Assembly (NCBI RefSeq): GCF_001194135.2
Contig: NC_068991.1
Location: forward strand, 72,934,228-72,992,103
Direction: 5' to 3'
Length of the DNA: 57,876 nucleotides
Source: Octopus bimaculoides
Lineage: Eukaryota
This document shows, piece by piece, positions 48,126-57,876 of this stretch. The translations under genes and the position numbers were made by a program. The notes below the pieces were generated by a model. The model searched no databases. It saw only the letters and a list, made by a program, of their open reading frames with translations, and was not told where the DNA came from. The stretch's first letter is position 1. Every line of letters begins with the position of its first letter.

Positions 48126-48689
48126 TATATATATATGCATGTGTGTATGCATGCGTGTGTGTGTGTTTTTATGTATGCATGTATGTACGTACGTATGTAC
48201 GTATGTATGTATATATGTATGTAAAGTTATACTCCCGTCAGCAGAAAGTAGGATACATAAACACTTGTTTGTACAGTTGTTGGAAATAATATATGTATAA
48301 ACTTGGAATCCTAAAATATGAACAGTTTGTATGTCAAAAGGAAAGTAGCGATTTTGACGCCAAGCGTTATAAATTTTGACACAATCTTAATGGATATTTA
48401 ACGAAAACTTTAATGTACATTATTTCTTGTTGTGTATTGCACGAAAGAGTTCAGTTAAAAATGGGTGAACTATTTGTGAAGAAAATATGTGTCGAATACC
48501 TTCAAATAGCTTTTCTAGCAGCTAGAATGAAGGTGACGGAACTGTGGGTAGCGCAAGATAAACGTAGTATGTACGACGAACACTGCGCGTAAAGTACCTA
48601 CAAACAACTTTTCCTTATAATATGGAAAACGCTGAATAAATTTCTTTAAAAAGTATCATGTCTATAAGAACAATCTGGTAGTACTGGAA

Positions 48690-49310
48690 TTGCCTGTCCT
48701 TGTGAGTGCTCAGAAACCTAGCTAGACCATTCCTTGAATGGAAGTACGGGTGTTTCTTTGGCAGTGTGGATAGGAAATGCTAGCGGCACTGGAAGATATG
48801 ATGGCGTCTTCCGTTCTAGTCTTCGTAAGTTGTTCAGCTACAGTCGTTCTCTTGACTGCACAGGTCACGTGGCACTGGGGAACTGCTGTACAGCATTCTC
48901 ATCTATCCAACGCTGCCTGCACCCCCTTCTTACTCTTGATTTTGAAGACCCTCTGTGTGAAATTCAGTCTCTTTAATGTAGCGTTATTTCTGATTCTCGT
49001 AGAAGCATCTACCGTGCTACAGTTTGCTGTAGAACATCTTTTTTCGTAGCCGGTGGTCTGGCATATAGGCTACATGACTTACCAAGTGCAGTGTAACTGC
49101 ATCAGGATAGAGTTGATGCCGGAGGGCTCAGTACTAGAGAGTACCTCTGCGTTAAGAATACTGTGTTGCCACTCGATGCCAAGAGTCAGGTAGTAAGGAA
49201 GTAGTTCCACTTCTTTGCAAGCTGTTGCCAGACAGTCCATGCTTCACAGCTGTAAATTAAGTAGTATAGCGAAACTGACGGCCAAATATACAGTGATGTT
49301 AGTCTCTAAA
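48690..49310 (-). mobile_element. RTE-clade LINE 3' fragment, degraded
   Basis: Reverse translation with frameshifts gives YSCEAWTV...LGIEWQHSILNAEVL...SHVAYMPDHRLRKKMFYSKL, matching the post-RT region of RTE elements. Confidence 0.8.
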
Positions 49311-50544
49311 GGGATACCTGCCTTTCCTGTTTGACATTTTCTTGTTGATTCTGCTGCATGTGACACAATTTCAAGACTAAAATAGAGCAAAGTGAAACTA
49401 AAATAAATGAGTGCGACGTCCCCGCACCACCAAAAACAGAAAACAACTTATCTGTAGAAAAAAAAAACGACTTGTACCTGAATATGGCATGTAAGTGCGT
49501 CGCAGTCACTAAAATAACGAAAATAAAAATAAAAAATACATACATACATACACACATATATACGGTGGGTGTATGAAAAGTCTTGAGCCTCAAAAAAACA
49601 AAAAAAAAACACAAACCATAATACAAGGCTTCTGATGAATTTAGAAAACTGTAACAAAACTTTAAGTTTTTGCCTTTGGTCAGTAAGTGTTATTTCCTAT
49701 TTGCTTCTATTTAGAAATCAAAGGAAATAACTATTGTTCCGTTCATGCTTTGTTTTTGTGGCCTGAGACATCAATGTTTTGAAACTGACCTATTTTCCAT
49801 TACCTTTCAGAAAGATTCAGCACTGAGTTACTGAAGAAGAAACGTAGTTATGGCAAATCTGTTCAATACTACAGATTTGCTTGTCAGTTGTTCTTTAGTG
49901 GCTGACAATATGTGCATCTCTGATCATGAACAGGAGTAGTGGAACAGCACCATAACCATGTGCTGAGAGAGGTATTCTTTGGGATTGCATAAATGTAACA
50001 AAGGCAAAGTGTGAAATATTAAACATTTCTCATGATTTCTAGGGGTAAGCAAGCAAATGGCAAGTAACACTTTCTGCTGAAGGACAAAAATCGTGTTACA
50101 CAGTTTAATAATCTCCCGGAAGTTCGTATGTCGTGGAGCAATGAAGACATTGACATTTCTGAACTGAAAATTCATCTGCCAAAGAAACATTTTTCTTAAT
50201 TTGAAATATTTTTTTTGCCTCTCACCAGAATGATTTTCTTCTGTCGTCTTATTACGAAATTATTTAAATGCACGAAGTTCACTTTAGAATTTTAGTGCAC
50301 AGAGAGCAACAGCAACAATGATTTTATAATTTATTTTTTTCGGATTCAGCTTTACTTGTACATAGTAATCTGTTCATCAATATGTTCTCTACTGATGCAT
50401 TATTGGTGTGAAAGATAGACTGGTGTGCTTAGTGTAACAAGCATCGATATACACTATGGTGACATAAACCATTATCATTTTGATTATTTGAATACATTTA
50501 ATGAGAAATAGTTGTTAATGGCGAATAATATATTGGTTCGAGAC

Positions 50545-50760
50545 AAAGGCGGTGAGCCGGCAGAATCGTTAGCACGCCGGGAATAGTGCTTAGCAGCATT
50601 TCGTATGTCGTTACGTTCTGAGTTCAAATTGCGGTAAGGTTGACTTTGCCTTTTATCCTTTCGGGGTCGATAAACTAAGTTCCAGTTAAACACTGGGGTC
50701 GATGTTATCGACCTACCCATCTCCTGAAATTGCTGGTTTTGTGTCAAAATTTCAAACCAA
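50545..50760 (+). mobile_element. SINE family A, near full length
   Basis: GGCGGTGAGCCGGCAGAATCGTTAGC head and GAGTTCAAATT B box. Confidence 0.85.
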
Positions 50761-51179
50761 TATATTATTGGTTCGTGGCTTCATTTGGTTTTGATATGGA
50801 AAATGGTGCAAAGTTACGGCAGAAAGTATTGAATGACTGATAGAATCCTATCAGGTTATTAGATCTAAAATAGTTGACGCTTCTTTTCAACGCACCAAAG
50901 GTATTTTACATAGATATAAGTTTATTATTTATGCCTTCTCGATACAGTATTGGATAAAATATATCGATACACAGTATAGTACAGTATAGCATTGAAAAAA
51001 ATCATGTAACACGTCAGAACTTTATTACTCAAACTATTTATCGAGAATGGTAATGGGCAGATAGCCACATTCAATTTACTGAAGCCTTTCGTAAAAATCA
51101 ATTTAGAAGCAGTGTCCTGCGATATTTTAAGAGGATACTTAATTTCTGATGATAATCTACTAGGTTCGGATGGAATTCA

Positions 51180-52100
51180 TAGTCCCACAAAGATGCTCTT
51201 ATGGAATGTGTCCAAATGAGTTTTATTTTTCAACACAGTCCCTCTTGCATTCCATACTCTTCCATCGGTGTCTCAGTGTTTGGATCCTATTGCTGAAGAA
51301 GCTCTCATCCTGTTCCACAAAAAAGTCGTCAACAGCAGATATGACGTCATACTCCTTGCAATACTAGCTCCACGTCGAGTGTTTTTTTCATGTTAGGTAA
51401 CAGATGATAGTCAGGTAGAAGCAAATCAAGAGAATAGGGAGGTTGCTCAAAGAGTTCAAAACTACAGTCACGCACAGCAACCATTGAAACCAAGGAGTTG
51501 TGTACTGGAGCATTAACCTGATGAAACAAGACGATTTCCGTCAGTTTTGATCCTGATAGCCTTTTGTACCTGTCTCAGCATGTAGGCATAGTACGCTCCA
51601 TCAATGGCGTGGCCCTTTTGAAGGCAGTCAATAAACACGATGCCTTTGTGGGATCCAAAAAAACTGAAACTATCATCTTCTCTACAGATGAAGCGATCTT
51701 GATCTTTTTTGGATCAAATAAGGTGGGAGGGGGGGGTCAATTGCATGGATTGGCCATTTGTTTCTGGCTCAAAGTAATCAAGCCAACACTTACCCTGGGT
51801 TAGAAAATGTTTGGAGAAACCAGCTGGATCTACCTCAAGCAACGTCAGATTTTCCCATGATGTGATCAGCCTGGTGCGCTTCTGTTTAGGTGTCAGAAGA
51901 CATGGTACCTACCGTGCAGAATTCTTCGTCCTGCCCAGTTCAAGGTACAGAATATTCTCAACTCACTCACTTGATATGCTAACATCATTGTCTATTTGAT
52001 TTATAGTCAAACGTTTGTCGTCCATCACCATTAGTGAACACAATCAATGTTTTATTCTCGATAGTGGCAGTTGCAGGATGTCTCGATGTTATCTTCAAAC
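51180..52100 (-). mobile_element. Degraded mariner transposase
   Basis: FHQVNAPVHNS...QPPYSLDLLLPDYHLLPNMKK matches the mariner HDNARPH and HPPYSPDLAPSDY motifs; multiple stops and frameshifts. Confidence 0.85.
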
Positions 52101-52744
52101 CTCATTGTTGTAAACCAGTCGCTGTAGTTTCTTTGGAGTATTGAAGTCTTTATTCTACACGTTTACGCCTGGAAAAACGTAAAATTATACTGCATTGTCT
52201 TTTAAAATTATTTTTAATAATGATAGAAATAGGGTCTCCGAGACTGGTTGGAAGAAAGGAGCACGGTATGTTCACTTCGGAAACCTGACCCAAACACTTG
52301 CGACTGAATTGATTCCGCTAAAGGCACCCAAATACTAGGTGGTAATTTTAAACCAGGTCATGGATTAAGTATACCGCTTATGAAGGCAATCGCAAAGACC
52401 TTCGTTCTGAGGGTGCTTTGGAATTATTTTTATTAATTCTGAAATGATGAAAGGAAAAATTGATATCGGTGGAGTTTGAACTGAGGGCACAGAGAATCTG
52501 AACACGTAACACGAATCATTTTCTCCGACATTGTAATGACTCTGCCAATTCGCCTCGGAAAACTTTGTTGAAATTTTCGCTCACCGTAATCTAGATTGTA
52601 ATATAACTGATATCGAGTTGGTTGTAAACAACTCTTTTATTCCTGTGTTTGATGCTAACATTCATGTCTACGTTTATTTCTTTCACCTTTCTCAATCAGT
52701 AGAGGGAGAAAACGAGAACAATGAGCTTGTGATTTAGCAGAATA

Positions 52745-53220
52745 GCAATGAAGACATTTTTTCTATGCTACGGTAATGTGAATACGATTACATTTGTTCT
52801 ACAAGATCAGCTCCCGGAAACCTTCCATAAGCTGAAAGAAAATTTTCCAAAATGTGATATTTCGAGAAAGTTGACGTCCTTGAAATCGGGTGTCGTAAAC
52901 AATTGGTCGCCCGTTATTCAGTCCTCTTGCATGGAGTATGTACAATATAATTGTCCATGAAGAAAATTGCACAAACAATCATAACGAAGCCTGGCATAGA
53001 CATTATATAACTCTATCGTTAGATCACATTCAAATGCTTCTTGTGTGTTGGAGGCTAGTCGTAATGAGCAGCATTTTGTTGAGGTTTGAGAAGTTATTTT
53101 ACAATGGAGTGCACCCGTATAAGTAAAGAGCGTTAAAAGAACGTTATTGTGTTGGATTACGCAAATAGTGACATTTTGGATTATCTTCAAGGGTTTGCGT
53201 GTAATCTTAGATATAAATGA
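52745..53220 (+). mobile_element. Degraded MULE/Mutator transposase C-terminal fragment
   Basis: RPLFSPLAWSMYN...CTNNHNEAWHR (from 52908) matches the MULE P.F.P..WN...RTNN..EGWH motif. Confidence 0.65.
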
Positions 53221-53947
53221 ACTTTTCATCTTTCTGAATGTTTCTTTTCTTACAATAACATTTACCTCTTATTGAAAAAATATAGCTTGGATATAAATTG
53301 AACGTATGCTTCATTTGCAAAATAATATATCCGTTTAAAATAAAGATATGTTGCTTGCAAATAATTGTCAGCATAAAGTTTTGGCTTATTTTAATTTTTT
53401 TTTCTACAAATATACTTTATAAGGTAGGTCATCTGGTGTGCTGATGACTGCCATTGAGGTAGAAACACTTGTCCACCATTGTGTCTCCAGACAATCAGAT
53501 TGTATTTCTCATATAAAATTTCGTACCATTTGCCAACCAGCGATTCTTCTACCTTCTCTGGAAGCTTAGGATATTTCATATGATATTTAATATGCTCTTA
53601 TTCATGTGTTGATATATACGTTAATATATATATATATATATAGGTGAGAAAGTTGGTATGTGAAAGCACGTGGTTGGATGTATAAAAGATAATAAGAGTG
53701 AAAAAACTACAGAAGGCTTGTGTTACATGTTTAAAGTATATATTTAAATTATGTCAGAAAAATGTTATAAAAATGTTATAAAATCTTTTTAGTATATAAA
53801 CATTGTATTTTGAGAAATAACCGGTTTCGTGTTGTCTTTTCAAATTTCTTTACTTCATTGTAACGTGTTCGCTCCATATATATGTGAGTGTGTACATTAT
53901 ATGTATATATATNNNNNNNNNNNNNNNNNNNNNNNNNNNNNNNNNNN

Positions 53948-53982
<35 letters not shown>

Positions 53983-54442
53983 ATATGCATATATACGTAC
54001 ACACAGGCACACGTATATGAGACACCTCTAGAACTTCGATAGTTTGATCAAGAACAGAGAAAATTTGTGAAAAATAACAAAAGTACACCCCTAAATAATA
54101 TTTAATCAGATATTTCAAACCACATAAATCCTCATTTTCAATATTCCATTTCTCATTAAAACCATTTTCTTAAATGCACAAAATAAATGTATTTTGAAAA
54201 TCAATTATTACTAAAACGAAAAAAAAAAAAAAGTAAATGGAAATTATAATTCCCTTGCATAGCAAATTTAAATTAAAATCATCTTAATTATTTCAATAAA
54301 CTTTGCTAATAAACTCCTGCTACAGTAAGAAAAAATGTTATAAATCCATATACAATGCGATCGCTCATTCTAGTACACACACATACTTCCTTCCTCTTTC
54401 TCTCTCTCTCTCACACACACACATGTATACACGCACATACAC

Positions 54443-54539
<97 letters not shown>

Positions 54540-55270
54540 CGTGTGTTTGTGTGTGTGTACGGATGGGTGAATATATTACGACAATAAACAGAGATTCTAG
54601 TATAAAATCACAAGGGTATAAAGACGTACGCACACTCTCACCCACATAAATTCAGGCTGCAATATCTCCTCTCTCTTCCTCCATTTTCTTTCTAGCTTAC
54701 TCTGTTTTTATCTGCGTATAAATGCTTACACACACATACGCTCGTAGAAACATACACACACATACATACACAGGTGTAAGCATATTTGTGCGTGTAATTC
54801 TCTACGTATACATGCGCATACATACGTAAAGACACATGCTTGTATACACATGTGGCTGTATGTACAATGAAATGAATGCTTGATAATACATTATTAAAAT
54901 GACAAACCCCATCCAAAAAAAAACTGTTGTTTACAACAGAATTTGCCGTCTTTAGAAAACATAATTCGAGTCCACATTTATTTACACTGCTTATTAATAA
55001 TACTAGCCATACCACACAACATATTAAAAATTCTAAACGTTGAAGCAGTTCGTATGTGAAAAGAACAGTAATCGTTCCCGTCGCGGAGCTTTAATAATTA
55101 ATACAAAAACTTACAACAATTAAACAGAAGCTGATGAGGAATAGCAACAATGGACGCCACATGGTGTATCGCCGAGAACTTGCGATATGCCTGAATAATT
55201 CATCCAACAGTAATATATTTATTCTTGTATCGGAGAATATAGTTAAAACAGCGCAGATGCGCAAAACCTC

Positions 55271-55520
55271 CAACCGTGTTCGACATTCCAATTTTCCAGT
55301 AAAGCTGTCATCCTTTACTATTTTCCTCTGCTAAACGGCGTTCTATATCATCATAGTATCATGGAGTGTACTAATAGAGTTCTATTTATCAACCGTGCTC
55401 GACATTCGAATTTCCTAGTAAAACTGTCATCCTCTACGATTTTCCTCTGCTTAACGGCGTTTTAATCTTTGACATTCTATATCATCATACTATCATGGAG
55501 TGTGCTACTAGAGACCGATT
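55271..55520. repeat. Tandem duplication, period about 119 bp
   Basis: CAACCGTG(T/C)TCGACATTC... starts at 55271 and 55390; the second copy has a short insertion. Confidence 0.9.
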
Positions 55521-55551
55521 TAACCCAGATTATTTGAACTGTGATGAGGAT

Positions 55552-55725
55552 CGTGAGCTGCCAGAATCGTTAGCACGCCGGGCGAAATGCTTAGCGGTAA
55601 TTCGTCTGTCGCTACGTTCTGAGTTCAAATTCCATCAAAGTTGACTTCACTTTCATCCTTTCGGGGTCAATGAATTAAGTACCAGTTGCGTACTTAATTT
55701 CAGGCTTTGTGCTTATAGTAGAAAG
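55552..55725 (+). mobile_element. SINE family A
   Basis: Full head and body. Confidence 0.85.
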
Positions 55726-57241
55726 GAGATTTTGAACTGTGGCAGACTCCACAAATTGTCCCCTTGTAGTCATGAACAATCCACATAACATAATATCCGA
55801 ATAACCTCACACCAATGCAGATGTGAAAACACTACAATCCTCACGTAATTTCCACTTTTATAAATTATTCAAACACAATATATGAGCCTCAATTTAAATC
55901 TATACTAATTACATAAACTGGGACATTTTCACACTTTCAAATAGGGCCATGCATCATTGTATTAAATAGCAAGGAAACACCAACACAGTACTTATTAAGA
56001 AGGGTTTATCATGCACTCATCTATCCTAAATATCAACACCTTATCCCTAAAACCTTTAATGTCGTTACAAAGAATAAGCTACAACGTCACTGCGCATCTC
56101 TCCAAACGAACGCGCATCCTCAACATAGCGAACATCACATCACAAAGACAGATCCAAAAGGTGATATAGATCCAACAGTTAACCAACAACTATTAATGCA
56201 CTCCAAATGTCATCAAATATTGCCTTCAGATAATGCCCTCATATAATGCCTTCAGATATAAAGTACGTTAATAGAGAACACAGGTCACAAACATGGAAGC
56301 GAGTGGTCGATACATAAAAAAAAGTATAAAATCCACATGTAAAATTCACTGATTGATATGAAGAAAGTATATGCTAAAATCTAGTCTATAGACCTTTTGT
56401 GTCCATCTCTGCCTTTTCTACCCAACTACAATGGCTTCCGGTTTGGAAACTGCCTGATACCCTGTCATTTCCACGAAAGAACTCCTAACCTCGTCATCTA
56501 TTCCTTCATCACCCATATTCTATCTCCCCGACTTTCCAGACATGGCACTAGCCACCAGCCATCTGGAGTTCTTTCTCTAAATATATTTTCCTTCAGATGT
56601 TGATTACATGGTGTGCAATTTTTTCCTCCACTTCTAGTTAGCGATTCTCTTCTTGTGCGGAATATTGATAGGAAATTGGTCTTCTGAGGAGTGGAAAACG
56701 AACAGTTATATTAGGTAATCTGATGTATGTAATCTATGTGTGGAAGGAATAAAAGGAAGTTTTTACATTTGTTTAGAATTTCAAAGCAAATGATTCAAAA
56801 ACCGACGTTAGTTTACTACTTTAAATATACATACATACACACGTATTTATGGCCAAGTGTGAGTGTGTGTAAGTGTGCGTGTTATAGAGCATGTAGGTGT
56901 GTCAGCACATATAGAAACACATGTATATATTTACATACGTACAATGGTAGTTGCTGCCATCAATCCGTGAATTACCAGCCATTTCTTCTGCATTGGTATA
57001 GGAATATAAATTTTGGCTCTCTTTATATTTTTCTTCACTTACATAAAAGAAATATCCCTGAAAGCGATATTTTCTGTTTCTGTCTTCTGTCAGCATTTCT
57101 TTGATTTTTCTTTATTGCGTTATATTTTTACGCTTTTCCTCTCCATGATTTCGTTTGCCTGACACCAATTATTATTTATTTAACTCCTCGTTCAATTCTG
57201 ATTTTATACGTGCATTGTTTTGATTTTTACCTGTCTATCTT

Positions 57242-57314
<73 letters not shown>

Positions 57315-57841
57315 TGTCTATAACCCCTCTCTCCTTATTTATATATATTTGTGTAGACATATATACATATGTGAGTGTGTATACATATATATATATATAC
57401 CTATATATGTATATGTATGTATATACATATCCATATATAAAGATATATATGCATATGCATATATATACATATATATATATATACCTATATATGTATATGT
57501 ATGTATATACATATCCATNNNNNNNNNNTATATATATATATATATATATATATACATACGTGCATACATATACGCACATGTATATGGAAGCCGTCAACCA
57601 GTTGGCATTACTGTTTAAAGTAAAGAAATGGAGCAACAGTTAACTGACAAATAAATCCTAGTTATGTTTAATAGAAAGCGAATAACGGCATATCCAATGC
57701 AAATAAAATGACAGTTTGTACGTATACGACATGCAGTACAACAATGCTTTACACATAATGTAATTGAATGTTTGTCCTTTTATCCTAACGTGTGTTTACA
57801 TTTTGTTCATGACGTTTCAAGTATGATTGCTTATGGGACTG

Positions 57842-57876
<35 letters not shown>

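Noticed and set aside
55131-55160. CTGATGAG
   Set aside because: No stem II or GAAA follows.
57355-57520. About 80-bp tandem of AT-rich sequence beside a short gap
   Set aside because: Low complexity and possibly assembly-related.

Overview
AT-rich, gappy eukaryotic scaffold. The SINE families and extreme microsatellite load resemble octopus (coleoid cephalopod) genomic DNA; the species is not verifiable here. No intact protein-coding gene, rRNA, true tRNA or CRISPR array can be supported, and almost all ORFs in the supplied track are artefacts of microsatellites and N-gaps. The window is mostly tRNA-derived SINEs, degraded Penelope-like elements (PLE), 3' ends of R4/Dong-like retrotransposons sitting in (AAT)n runs, an RTE LINE, two mariners and a MULE relic. 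The strongest result is a set of minimal type-I hammerhead ribozyme motifs in three different repeat families. One copy (40507-40552) has an intact core and appears to be the tail of a tRNA-headed element. Another (26459-26696) looks like a cleavage-site-to-cleavage-site monomer. Both carry a 5' inverted partial copy. Diverged paralogous unique blocks with a conserved GTAAGT donor, several candidate small exons and several long fold-backs suggest a fragmented gene or gene family with large introns, but no product can be named.
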